IMG/VR virus record: IMGVR_UViG_3300028410_000746
Length of the DNA stretch: 64,000 nucleotides
Origin: a virus
Taxonomy: Duplodnaviria > Caudoviricetes
Reading direction: 5' to 3' (one strand)
Shown: positions 1-9,095 of the stretch, in pieces
How the letters are laid out: each line of letters begins with the position of its first letter
How positions within the stretch are numbered: the stretch's first letter is position 1
Notes under the pieces: generated by a model
What the model saw: the letters and a program-made list of their open reading frames with translations, nothing else
The model's database searches: none
What the model was told of the DNA's origin: nothing
Made by a program: the position numbers and the translations under genes

Positions 1-648
1 GTTGGTGGTGGATGCGTCGCCGTCACCGCCAATCTGGACGTCGAAGGCGGCCAACGGGGTCGTCTGGAAGGTGAAGGTCTCGGTGGTGGCGCCATCGGAG
101 ATTACGATGGTGTCGCCGTCTACCGGAGCCGCCAGGAGCCACGTCGCTCCGGCCTGCGAGATCGCATCGTTGACGGAATCAAGCTGCTCACAGACGAGCA
201 CCAGCTCCTTGAACGTTCGCGCACCCGCAGTCGCCGCGTCGACGTACTGCTTGTTGACCACATCCAGAGGGGCGGTAGGGTCCGGGATGCCTGTGATCGT
301 AGCGGTCCCGTCGAAGGTGACGGGCTGGTCCACTTCACCTTCGGCGTTGTTCTTGACCACGCCGAAGTCTTCGTCAGACTCGGGGAGGATCAGCGTGTCC
401 AGGAAGTTGAGCGCGTCATCCTGGTCGATGTTTACCACGCCATCGTTCAAGATGAGCGTGGAGCTGCCTGCGCCGAACGCGTCGTCGGTCAGCAGGGTGC
501 GAAGATCCTGCGACTCTTGAAGCTCGAAGAGTTCGTCGTTCTCAATGAATGTGTCGCTGCCGCCGCCAAGCGTGATGCAGATTCCGGCATCACGAATGAG
601 TACATCGGCAACTGTGGCTGCGTTGGAAAAGATTGTCAGAGTAGCCAT
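1..648 (-). CDS. Tail-fibre-like virion structural protein, partial (runs off the window start)
   Basis: Hand-translated open frame from ATG at 648 (MATLTIFSNAATVADVLIRD...) to base 1 with no stop, so absent from the ORF track. Contains PDPTAPLDVVNKQYVD, resembling the P...D(A/V)xxKxYVD motif of tail fibres. Confidence 0.65.
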   Translation of the reverse strand, partial: MATLTIFSNAATVADVLIRDAGICITLGGGSDTFIENDELFELQESQDLRTLLTDDAFGAGSSTLILNDGVVNIDQDDALNFLDTLILPESDEDFGVVKNNAEGEVDQPVTFDGTATITGIPDPTAPLDVVNKQYVDAATAGARTFKELVLVCEQLDSVNDAISQAGATWLLAAPVDGDTIVISDGATTETFTFQTTPLAAFDVQIGGDGDASTTN

Positions 649-681
649 GAGGTGTATCCTAGCTTGGAGAGATGTGCTCGC

Positions 682-1608
682 TCAGGTTGATGCGAGCTGT
701 AGGTTGACCAGTACGTTTCGGAAAGTACTCTTCCCACTCCCACTTATCCTGACCACTTGTGCGGAGAGAGCGTCTCCCACATTGAGCGCGGCCCCTACCG
801 ATTGTACGAACTGTGTGGTCCCTGCCAGCAGGGGAACCGAGAACGTGGTCACATTGTTAATCAATACATCAACGGTATAATCCTTGGAATCGACGCGATC
901 TACCGAAATAGAGAGCCCCACGATGCGCATATCAACCGGCGCAACCCATGGAGCAGCGGAAGTGGCCACCTTACCCACGCTCAAGAACTTCGTGCCGTAT
1001 CCTGGGATGGCCGTGTGGCATCCGAAACTCACGATAGACGGCGCGCCTCCTCCCGTGACCACGCTCTCCAGTGTCGGACCCACGTAGCGGTAGACCGTCA
1101 CATAGACCGAAGACACTCCAGCGGCTGCCCAGTTGTCGGTGGGCGTCGTGCCTCCCCAGATGAGAAGCCCCGCGAACGCGTGGAAGAACCAATTCGTGGG
1201 TCCAAACGCGGTCGTGATCTCGTCAGTTCCGGCAGCGTCGCGGTAGAAGCGAGGGAAGTAGCCTAGCCCGGAGCCGTCAAAAGGTGAGACCCAGTTTCCC
1301 AGGACCGTGGAGGAGGGGTCTCCTGGAGCGGCATACAGCCCATACGCGTTGCTATTGGTGCCGGGCACCAGCGTCATCTCACGTAGGGTCTCCTTCGCCA
1401 CGACAGTAGGGTTGGCGGCCGCGTAGACGTCGGCTTGGGCCTGGGTGGTGGCGAAGTCGGGCTGAATGGCGCGGATGTCACGCCCATACAAGATAGACTT
1501 CGCCGCAAACGGTTCCTGGAACCAGTTGCGTAGAGGGCTCGTGTGCGAGGTACCCGTTACAAAGGCCTTGAACGCCGCCTGAGCTTGAATGTCAATTGCC
1601 AGGGGCAT
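682..1608 (-). CDS. Hypothetical protein, probably a virion structural protein
   Basis: 308-aa ORF with beta-rich composition, co-oriented with the flanking structural-looking genes. Confidence 0.6.
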   Translation of the reverse strand: MPLAIDIQAQAAFKAFVTGTSHTSPLRNWFQEPFAAKSILYGRDIRAIQPDFATTQAQADVYAAANPTVVAKETLREMTLVPGTNSNAYGLYAAPGDPSSTVLGNWVSPFDGSGLGYFPRFYRDAAGTDEITTAFGPTNWFFHAFAGLLIWGGTTPTDNWAAAGVSSVYVTVYRYVGPTLESVVTGGGAPSIVSFGCHTAIPGYGTKFLSVGKVATSAAPWVAPVDMRIVGLSISVDRVDSKDYTVDVLINNVTTFSVPLLAGTTQFVQSVGAALNVGDALSAQVVRISGSGKSTFRNVLVNLQLAST

Positions 1609-1614
1609 CTACAC

Positions 1615-1773
1615 TCACTCCACGTCGCGCAGGGCGTCATTGAGGTCATCTCGCAGGCTCTTGATCTCTTGCTCGCTCATGCGCTGGACGAACGTGGAAC
1701 GCTCGCCCAAGGCGAAGTGTACGTCATACCAGACCACTCCGTGGACCTCGACTCGCTCTACTTTTACGGGCAT
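1615..1773 (-). CDS. Small hypothetical protein (52 aa, MPVKVERVEVHGVVWYDVHF...)
   Basis: Hand-translated. GGAG RBS precedes ATG at 1773; the ORF fills the gap between 1783 and 1608. Confidence 0.6.
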   Translation of the reverse strand: MPVKVERVEVHGVVWYDVHFALGERSTFVQRMSEQEIKSLRDDLNDALRDVE

Positions 1774-1782
1774 CTTGACTCC

Positions 1783-4017
1783 TTACCAGCCGACCATTCG
1801 GAGGCTCCGAATTTGAAAGGGATCGCTCAAGCGCATCCCGATGCGTACGCGTACACCGAAGTTGGACCCAGGAGAGGTGAAGTAGGGAAACGCGTTGGAA
1901 GAGAGCGTAAAGCCAAACTCCGGGGGGGATGTGGCTTGGTTGGTCTCCGAGGTGTTCGTCAGGCACCCTCTCTCCACGCGAGTTGCACCTACAGGGTCAA
2001 ACACGGCATTATTGAAAGGGCGGTTCAGGCTGAGCCAGTCACTTTGCCCTCCGTCGACCGGGCTGGCAGATGGATTCGCGAGCATGACCTCCACGAACAG
2101 GCGATCATTGGTCAGGTCTTGCTCCGTGAGCACACCTGAGCACAGCTCGATGCGCAAGACGCCTCCGGAGTGAGTTACCGTACCTGAGGAGTTCGAGAGG
2201 TGGCGGTAATACCAGCGCACATCTGTAGCGCCTTCATACGCCTCTCCCAGAAGCCCAGTGTAATCCGGCCCACTGGGCGTGAAGCTCGTATAGTCTACCC
2301 CAGGATATACAAGCAGACCATCACAGCCAGACCTACAACCGATCACTTGAAGCCCGAACCCGTCGTCGTAGGTCACCAGCGATTCCAGGGAGTCCCAGTT
2401 CCCTGCGTCACGGTCACTGGCGAGCGTGAAGTCGTCCGACCTCAGGAGCCTCCGACCCTCTCCTCGGAAGTCTTCAGAGTTCCTCGTGGCGTTCGGGGTC
2501 CGGTTGAAGACGAGCACGTCGTTCAACGTGCCGGTGGCGTTCCCCGACGTGTTGAAGGGGTCGCTGATTGACGCCTGTGCGGTGATGTTCTCCGAGCAGG
2601 TCCCGTTGCCGGAGAGCGTCAATGTTACGTCCAGGCTCGCGTCGTCGTTGACCGAAGGAGCTGCGCTGGGTGTTGTGATCTCGGCTGCGTTGTAGGCGTA
2701 GGTGGTGTTCCCGAACCCCTGAGCCGACGCATTGAGGCGGAAGGGCTGGGCTACGTACGTTTGGTTGAAGGGGTCCGTGTAGTCCACCAGGGCCCGAAGC
2801 GTGGTCCCGTTGGTCGCGTGTGGTACTCCAGAGAGATAGAAGTCGACGGTGGATAGAACCTCCAGCGCGGGCGCGCCGGCCACGGGTGGAGTAGGTCCGG
2901 CGTCCACGAACACGGGGTCCGTGTAAACGAATGGGTAGGCGTCTCCCGCGACGTCATGGCGCGTCTCGATCCTCGTGATGAGCCCGCCGTCCGTGCCGAG
3001 CCCTGGAACCGCCAGGGGGTCGATGGTCGTGGTTACGAAGCCGGCGCGTCGGCCAAAGTCCGAGATGAGCCCGGTGATGCTGATGGTGATGCCTGATCCG
3101 GTCTCGGTCTTTTCGGTCCCATCCAGGAGCAGCACGAAGCTCACCGTTTGCTCGACCTCGGCGGCGTCAAGGTACGTGATCTCGACGGTGATGGTCCCCT
3201 CCTCAAGCTGCGTGGCCTCCTCAATGTTCACATAGGAGAAGGGCGCGCGCGCCACTTGGTGGAGGTTCTCATCGTCGAGACCTCCGACCCCATACTCACC
3301 TTCGGGAGAGCCAATGAAGGCCTGCGCAAAGACGGGCGGGGAGACGGAGGCGTCGTTCTCGCCGTCTGTGGTGTTGTAGTGGGAGAGGAAGGGTAGGAGA
3401 AGCTCCGGCTGCTCTTTGCAGCAGTAGATCGTCCACCAGTTTCCCGCGTCGTCGGACTGAAGGCCCAGCGAGTCGAGGTAGCCCGTGATCACCATTGGAG
3501 CGAGCGAGCCCTCGATGGATTGGCCGGGCGTGGCTGTGACGATGATGCGGTTGCTGTCTGGGGTGACCTTCTTGATGGTGAACGTCGTGCCTTCGGGGGT
3601 GCGGTTCTCCGGGAAGGGTAGCGAGAAGATGTCTGGCAGGTTGACGATCACGTCTCCCAGTGACGTGTCAATCAGGATCAGCTCATCGTCGATCTGAGCT
3701 TCATAGAGAGGGACCGGGCCGCCCTCTCCTTCATCAATCGTGAGGTTCTGAACGATGGCGGAATTGAGAAAGCCCGCATCCAGGAATCCTCGAATCGAAC
3801 CCTGCTGGTAGCTCGTGAGCGTACGGTCAGTCATGAGGATGTCCACGGTCTCTTTGAAGGAGACGTAGACCGCATGTTTCTCGTTGGCTCTCTTGTTTTC
3901 TTCTGTGTCGAGGTCGCTCAGGAAGAGGCTGCCGTGGCTCAACCCCGTATGCGTGAGTCGAATGAAGCGTGCGCCCGGCCGGATCGGAGACTTGTGTGCG
4001 TTGATGATGCCGGGCAT
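1783..4017 (-). CDS. Virion structural / tail-fibre-associated protein
   Basis: 744 aa. Contains the module DTSLGDVIVNLP...TFTIKKV...NRIIV...SIEG...LGLQSDDAGNWW, resembling the DTSxGxxxxxLP...IxG...W module common in phage fibre and baseplate proteins. Confidence 0.6.
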   Translation of the reverse strand: MPGIINAHKSPIRPGARFIRLTHTGLSHGSLFLSDLDTEENKRANEKHAVYVSFKETVDILMTDRTLTSYQQGSIRGFLDAGFLNSAIVQNLTIDEGEGGPVPLYEAQIDDELILIDTSLGDVIVNLPDIFSLPFPENRTPEGTTFTIKKVTPDSNRIIVTATPGQSIEGSLAPMVITGYLDSLGLQSDDAGNWWTIYCCKEQPELLLPFLSHYNTTDGENDASVSPPVFAQAFIGSPEGEYGVGGLDDENLHQVARAPFSYVNIEEATQLEEGTITVEITYLDAAEVEQTVSFVLLLDGTEKTETGSGITISITGLISDFGRRAGFVTTTIDPLAVPGLGTDGGLITRIETRHDVAGDAYPFVYTDPVFVDAGPTPPVAGAPALEVLSTVDFYLSGVPHATNGTTLRALVDYTDPFNQTYVAQPFRLNASAQGFGNTTYAYNAAEITTPSAAPSVNDDASLDVTLTLSGNGTCSENITAQASISDPFNTSGNATGTLNDVLVFNRTPNATRNSEDFRGEGRRLLRSDDFTLASDRDAGNWDSLESLVTYDDGFGLQVIGCRSGCDGLLVYPGVDYTSFTPSGPDYTGLLGEAYEGATDVRWYYRHLSNSSGTVTHSGGVLRIELCSGVLTEQDLTNDRLFVEVMLANPSASPVDGGQSDWLSLNRPFNNAVFDPVGATRVERGCLTNTSETNQATSPPEFGFTLSSNAFPYFTSPGSNFGVRVRIGMRLSDPFQIRSLRMVGW

Positions 4018-4076
4018 GCGGGTAATGCTCTCAGGAGGTGCTGTGGATGCTCTCGTGAGTCCGCATCACAAGTGAA

Positions 4077-4610
4077 TTACAACTCCCCGCGCGCATCTCT
4101 CGCCTCTTTACGCTCGAAGAGAGTGCCAAGGTCTTTTGGGTATCTCTTGCCGTACACGTCGTCGTAGTACATGATCCGAATCGCGTTCAACCCTCTCCGG
4201 AAGTCAAAGCCAAAGCTCGCTGCCGTGCCCTTCGAGAGGTCCATCACTCCTCGCCACTTTCCCTCCTGGCTCCGCCGCGTCTTGATGATCCATTCGCCGT
4301 CCAACATCGCTCCGTAAGGCCCCCTGTCATTCACACGGCACCACGTCCGCGTCCCGGTCTTCTGCTCTTCAACCAGGACCACCGTGTTCAACGGGATGAA
4401 ACGGGACGCACATGTTCGCTGGCTCGGGTCAAACACCTCACCCGTGGCGGTGATTCGCCCGTGGAGGCCTCCGTCACCGCTCCCACCTCCATACCAGGAG
4501 GAGAGCCCCTCCTCTTGTACGGGGGGCGGCTCAAAGTCGGGCACGACCTCTCCACCTCCTTGTGCCTGGAGGTATAGCGCGAACAGGGCTCCCATCTTGA
4601 CTAGACTCAT
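4077..4610 (-). CDS. rlpA: RlpA-like (DPBB) lytic transglycosylase
   Basis: Motifs SWYG, GRITATGEVFDP, TCASRFIPLNT, VNDRGPY and MDLSKGTA. GGAG RBS before ATG at 4610; hydrophobic N-terminus. Confidence 0.85.
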   Translation of the reverse strand: MSLVKMGALFALYLQAQGGGEVVPDFEPPPVQEEGLSSWYGGGSGDGGLHGRITATGEVFDPSQRTCASRFIPLNTVVLVEEQKTGTRTWCRVNDRGPYGAMLDGEWIIKTRRSQEGKWRGVMDLSKGTAASFGFDFRRGLNAIRIMYYDDVYGKRYPKDLGTLFERKEARDARGEL

Positions 4611-4776
4611 CTTAAACTCCTCTACTACCTCGACACGCGCATGGATACCCCAAGGTCGTCCGAGACGCAAAGTCTTTCTTGTCTTTTTCTTGACGGGGGT
4701 TCCAACCCTGTGGTAAACCTTTTTACATGGCTTGACGGCCATATGCCGGACCGATCGGGTAGAGAGAGAGAGATAC

Positions 4777-5388
4777 ATGACATCAGGTAAGGTGAGCGAG
4801 AACGCCAAGGCGTATATCCGTAAGAGCGTGTTGGAGTGTAAGACCTATGCACAGGTTGCCGAAGAGGTCGGGGAGCTGTACGGCATTGAGATCACGAAGC
4901 AGGCCGTGAACTACTACGTGGGCAAGATGGAGCTGCGTGATCAGATCAACGCAGCGCGCGAGGCGCAGAAGAAGGCTCAGGAGAGCGAGTGGCGTCAGGG
5001 CCTGCGTGCCTACGTAGAGTCTCAGGACGTCAGCACGGTGACGCTGAGGGAGGCCAGCGCGCAGATCGGGGCGCCGCACGACTGGACGCGTGATGCGTTG
5101 ATGAGTCTGGGGGCGTACGACGACACGACCTTCCGATCACGGATTGACGACGTGGAGCTTATGACCCGGTACATTATCGACGACCTGAGCCTGTCTGAGC
5201 TGCACGAGAGCTACTACAATGACGTGTGCATCTCGACGCTGACTCAGACCGTGCGTCAGCTCCTCAAGGAGCACAACGTCGACCCCCGGCCCAAGAGCTG
5301 CGCGAACAACGAGCCTCTCAAGGCCTCGTGGCGCCTGGAGACCCTGGAGAAGCTGAAGTCCCAGGGGTGGGCCGTCGCGGAGGTCTGA
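4777..5388 (+). CDS. Putative HTH DNA-binding protein
   Basis: HTH-like segments TYAQVAEEV...ITKQAVNYYV and TLREASAQIG. ATG at 4777 follows an (AG)n run. Divergent from the rlpA-like gene. Confidence 0.5.
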   Translation: MTSGKVSENAKAYIRKSVLECKTYAQVAEEVGELYGIEITKQAVNYYVGKMELRDQINAAREAQKKAQESEWRQGLRAYVESQDVSTVTLREASAQIGAPHDWTRDALMSLGAYDDTTFRSRIDDVELMTRYIIDDLSLSELHESYYNDVCISTLTQTVRQLLKEHNVDPRPKSCANNEPLKASWRLETLEKLKSQGWAVAEV

Positions 5389-5592
5389 TCACAGGCTACA
5401 GGGGTCGGATCACAAGCAGGGGGGCCGAAGAGAGGGGGGTGAGCGTTCAGGCGTTCACCTCTCTCTGTGCGCCAGGAGCCGAATAATCCGTTTGTTCCCG
5501 GTGAAGTTGTTGTACCACGTGTCTTCGCCCCTCGTGTTGGGTAGACGACCAACTCCCCAGATACAATCAGCCTTTGATGGCAGGAGACCAAG

Positions 5593-6936
5593 ATGAGTGA
5601 GATGAAGAGGATTGCCCAGTGGGCGCAGCGATTGAACCGCAGCCTTGAGATGATGCGTGCGAAGAAGGCCGCGAGCGAGAGCCGAATCAGCTCCAAGGTC
5701 CAGGCTCTCCTGCGCATGGCTGGCGAGGGCAAGCTGGACGGCACGGCTCTTCTCTCGGACCTTTCACGTCTTGAGCGTCTGGCCGAGGAGAAGGGAGCCA
5801 CCCACGCTACGTTGAAGCAGGTCGAGGAGGAGGTGGATCGCATCTACGGCGACCAGTCCAAGAACGACATCTACTACTTCAACCGTCGCAACAAGGGAGC
5901 CTCGGAGCTTGAGGACGAGAAGGATAAGGCGGACGACACGTACGGCGACCAGTCCAAGAACGATACGTTCTACACGGGCAAGGCGGCGGCGGCGTTCATG
6001 CGCAACCGTGACGACCTCATTCAGCACATCGACCTTCTCCTCAAGCGTACCGATCGTTGGGAGCATGGCGGTGGAGATGCACACAAGTACGCTCGCCACC
6101 TTGCAGGACGATTCGAGCTTCTCGGCAAGGAAGAGTATGTGACGGGCATCTACTATGATGTGTACTTCAAGCGAATGGCCAAGCAGCTCAACATGTCGAT
6201 GCGAGGCTCTTCCGAGGAGATGGACTACGTTCTTGCGGACGTGATCGACCAGCTCGCAAACCTTCGCAATCAGGTCCGACGTCTCAAGAAGGCTTCCAAG
6301 GAGCTGGAGGAGATGAAGGCCTTGACCACGTACGAGAACGAGGACGTCGACGCGGAGTGGGACGGCACGATGAATCAGGGGTTCGAGTCGGTACGTAACG
6401 CGGGCCTGAGCCCGATCGGCAAGACCATCTACCAGCAGCTCGGCAACAAGGCCGCCGTGATGTTGGGCGGGACGCTCTACGACATCCGCAACGGCCTCGG
6501 GATCAAGTGGCCCAACCGTCAGCGCTCCAAGGGCAACTACGTGGAGATCGTCCTCAACGGGAAGGACCTCTACGACATGACCTTCTTCAACGTCTCGATG
6601 AAGGGCAAGAAGATGGTCAAGCAGTACAGGGACCTCTTCGCGGAGTCTCTGGCTCCGACCTTCGAGGACCAGACCGGCTGGTACCTGCGCATGTCTTCGG
6701 TAGAGGCGGGCGTGATCTCGCCGGAGCTTCTGCGTCAGGCGCTTGAGGAGGATGGCTTTGTGATCGACCCGGCTGACCAGCTCGACCTCAACCAGCCGGG
6801 CCCTTACGACTACAACGCGCCTCTGCCCCTGGACGAGGCGCACCCTCTGGGCATCCACGACTGGCCTTCCCAGGAAGACCCTGACCGTCCTATTCAGCAC
6901 CTCCAGCCGGTGATGTCGAGCAAGAAGGGCAGGTAA
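5593..6936 (+). CDS. Multidomain hypothetical protein, putative internal virion protein
   Basis: 447 aa with GGAG RBS and an internal duplication YGDQSKND. The C-terminal region TIYQQLGNK...VEIVLNGKDLYDMTF...FEDQTGWYL resembles a widespread phage domain (recognised by eye). Confidence 0.65.
   Translation: MSEMKRIAQWAQRLNRSLEMMRAKKAASESRISSKVQALLRMAGEGKLDGTALLSDLSRLERLAEEKGATHATLKQVEEEVDRIYGDQSKNDIYYFNRRNKGASELEDEKDKADDTYGDQSKNDTFYTGKAAAAFMRNRDDLIQHIDLLLKRTDRWEHGGGDAHKYARHLAGRFELLGKEEYVTGIYYDVYFKRMAKQLNMSMRGSSEEMDYVLADVIDQLANLRNQVRRLKKASKELEEMKALTTYENEDVDAEWDGTMNQGFESVRNAGLSPIGKTIYQQLGNKAAVMLGGTLYDIRNGLGIKWPNRQRSKGNYVEIVLNGKDLYDMTFFNVSMKGKKMVKQYRDLFAESLAPTFEDQTGWYLRMSSVEAGVISPELLRQALEEDGFVIDPADQLDLNQPGPYDYNAPLPLDEAHPLGIHDWPSQEDPDRPIQHLQPVMSSKKGR
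5845..5963 (+). repeat. 23-bp direct repeat TACGGCGACCAGTCCAAGAACGA, two copies 96 bp apart
   Basis: Copies at 5845-5867 and 5941-5963, in frame (YGDQSKND). Confidence 0.9.
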
Positions 6937-6992
6937 GAGTCCGCGTGTTGGGAGTCAAGTAAACCTACACCTACTAAAGAGGAGTCAACGCC

Positions 6993-7634
6993 ATGCGTGA
7001 CAACGACAACAAGGTATACAAGCGGGGTACGAACCCCAACACGCGGATCGCGATCAGCCAGAAGAACAAGCTGTACTCGGTCGCGCGTGGCAACTCTGCG
7101 TTCTCCCAGGTGGGCGTCGTCTCCAGCTTCGGCTTGAGCGAGTCGCGCGCCGTGGATGAGGTTCGTGGCATGGGCTACGGTGATCAGGTTGCCGAGCTGG
7201 TCCCCGGCGTCACGGGTGCCATGAGCATCTCGATCAGCCGTACGCTGCTCTACCTCGCCAACATCTATCAGGTCATGGGCTACGCCGGTGGCATTGACGG
7301 GCTCGTCCGCTCGCTCAAGCACCACCAGTGGCCTTTCGACCTCAAGCAGGAGCTGGTGCTCAGCCGCATCGCCTCCAACTCGCAGAACAACCCCAAGCTC
7401 ACCTCTCCCTCCTCGGACGGGACCAACGAGGCGCTCTTGACGTTCTTCGAGGCGTGCTGGATCGAGTCCTACTCCGCCAACTACGCCGCTGACGCTGCGA
7501 TGATCTCGGAGGACGTGGGCATCAAGGCCACCGACATCATCGACGGCACCTCGACCTACGGCGAGCTTGCCTCCGATCCGGAGTCCACGGGCAACAACCC
7601 GTTCAACGAGACCGGCTCGGCTCGCTACCAGTGA
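6993..7634 (+). CDS. Probable tail tube protein
   Basis: 213 aa with GAGGAG RBS. Pattern VGVVSSFGLSESRAVDEVRGMG...ELVPGVT...SISISRTLLY...PFDLK...EACWIESYS is typical of gp19-like contractile tube proteins. Followed by a strong terminator. Confidence 0.7.
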   Translation: MRDNDNKVYKRGTNPNTRIAISQKNKLYSVARGNSAFSQVGVVSSFGLSESRAVDEVRGMGYGDQVAELVPGVTGAMSISISRTLLYLANIYQVMGYAGGIDGLVRSLKHHQWPFDLKQELVLSRIASNSQNNPKLTSPSSDGTNEALLTFFEACWIESYSANYAADAAMISEDVGIKATDIIDGTSTYGELASDPESTGNNPFNETGSARYQ

Positions 7635-7659
7635 TCCGGGAATCTTGAGACTCTCTATG

Positions 7660-7694
7660 GGCGCCGTGCATCTCAGCACGGCGCCTTTCTTTTT
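7660..7694 (+). terminator. Rho-independent terminator
   Basis: Stem GGCGCCGTGC (7660-7669) / GCACGGCGCC (7676-7685), 6-nt loop, then TTTCTTTTT. Confidence 0.9.
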
Positions 7695-7702
7695 GGAGGG
7701 TC

Positions 7703-7743
7703 TATATACCCTGTTGACTCTTAAGCGTCAAGGGGGCTATGCT
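7703..7743. promoter_or_regulatory. Overlapping divergent sigma70-like promoters
   Basis: Plus strand: TTGACT(7714-7719)-N18-TATGCT(7738-7743). Minus strand: TTGACG(7731-7726)-N17-TATATA(7708-7703). Confidence 0.65.
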
Positions 7744-7766
7744 CAGAAGGCCTACTACGGAGATCA

Positions 7767-8114
7767 ATGTCGATGCAAATGCCTGAGCTTATGGTGCACG
7801 AGTTTGAGACCTTTGTGTGGTCTTTAGAGCAGTGGTATGAGCGCCACCCGATGCCGGCTCCCCTGGTAACACGTTGGATTGGCCTCTTCCTGGAGGCATA
7901 CGAAAGCCGAGACCTCCATGAGTTTGGAGTCTCGGCTGCGTGGGTGGCCCGTGTGCTGTACTCAGACTTGCTTGAGTCTCCGATGCGTAATCAATACGCC
8001 AAGTGGGCGCGGCACGCGTCACTCTGTGCTCGGGTAGCGGGGGGTAGGCCCTTGGTCAGTCATGTGCTCCGACACCGCGTCAAGACACCTCCCGAGATGG
8101 TGTTGCTTCACTGA
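7767..8114 (+). CDS. Hypothetical protein
   Basis: 115-aa ORF with GGAG upstream, downstream of the plus-strand promoter. Confidence 0.55.
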   Translation: MSMQMPELMVHEFETFVWSLEQWYERHPMPAPLVTRWIGLFLEAYESRDLHEFGVSAAWVARVLYSDLLESPMRNQYAKWARHASLCARVAGGRPLVSHVLRHRVKTPPEMVLLH

Positions 8115-8530
8115 TCGTCAGAAAAGCGCGCCTCAAGGGCCTCCTGCATTTCCCGCAGATGTGCGCACGCGGTGTCGATCTCAGTCTTGAGCAGGTCATG
8201 TGCGATGGCGGTCGCTTCCTCCTGGCTATCGGCTCGGAAATACACATTATCCGATCCAACCAACTGGAAGGAGATCTGATAGATGTGCTCAGACATCCAA
8301 CGGTAGATGCTGGCCACCAGAGCACCGTCGTAGTACAGGCCGCGAAAGGACTCCAGGTCTCTAGTTACAAGACCCTCCCCCGTCGATCCCATGAGTGCGG
8401 GCATGCGGATGAAGACCTCTCCCGCCTCGAAACGGCGGGTCAAGGCGGGCACTCCATTCACCGCCTCTCCGGTAGATTCTGGCAGGTTGTTTAGTGCCTC
8501 GGTCAGTTCAGGGCTGATACGTACAGTCAC
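8108..8530 (-). CDS. Hypothetical protein (140 aa)
   Basis: 3' part of track ORF 8108..8788. GTG at 8530 is preceded by AAGGAGAG. Confidence 0.6.
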   Translation of the reverse strand: MTVRISPELTEALNNLPESTGEAVNGVPALTRRFEAGEVFIRMPALMGSTGEGLVTRDLESFRGLYYDGALVASIYRWMSEHIYQISFQLVGSDNVYFRADSQEEATAIAHDLLKTEIDTACAHLREMQEALEARFSDDQ

Positions 8531-8550
8531 GGCGCTCTCCTTGGTGGTGT

Positions 8551-9006
8551 TCAGGAGCCGAGAAGGCTGGGGAGGAACTCCGCAGCGTCTTCGTAGCTGG
8601 GGAAGATGTGGTCGGCGGCCTGTCGAATGAACGCGTGGTCCATGCAGTGCTCCTCGGTCAGGCCGGCGAGGACAACGAGCGTGTGGGGTTGCTTGTACGC
8701 CCACGCGATCTCGAAGGTGGTCCCGAGTGAGCGTGAGGTCGCTCCCGTCACGTCCGCGAACAGGACGTCCGCCTGTGCGACCATCCACTGATCACGACCA
8801 AAGATGGAGCGGTCGTTCGAGAGAGGGTCCTCGTAGCCCTTGGCCTTGGCCGTCCCCAGTCCGAGCAGGTGCTCCTTGCCAAGCATCGGATGCAGGACGT
8901 CGAATCCCATCTCCTTGAGCTGTGCCGCTCGGTTGTGGAAGTGGATGTATGCTTCGTCGAGGTTGAGTCCCGTGATGGGTCCCGCGACGTAGACGGTCTT
9001 GGACAT
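8551..9006 (-). CDS. Nucleoside 2-deoxyribosyltransferase / DNPH1-like N-glycosidase family protein
   Basis: VYVAGP at the N-terminus, IFGRDQWMVAQADVLFAD and SLGTTFEIAWAY match the NDT family signature S.GT..E.G.A. AAGGAG RBS. Confidence 0.8.
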   Translation of the reverse strand: MSKTVYVAGPITGLNLDEAYIHFHNRAAQLKEMGFDVLHPMLGKEHLLGLGTAKAKGYEDPLSNDRSIFGRDQWMVAQADVLFADVTGATSRSLGTTFEIAWAYKQPHTLVVLAGLTEEHCMDHAFIRQAADHIFPSYEDAAEFLPSLLGS

Positions 9007-9095
9007 GCTATGCTCCTTGGGTGGTATTGCTCTTGTAGGGTGCGTGCCTGTACCCCGTTTTGGGGCTCATATGACTTGCGAAAGGTACCACGGGT

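Noticed and set aside
5764-7679. Long antisense ORFs (e.g. 5764..6900, 6894..7679, 9661..11118, 58319..59908, 60947..62506)
   Set aside because: Shadow frames of real genes caused by high-GC codon bias; no RBS or recognisable motifs.
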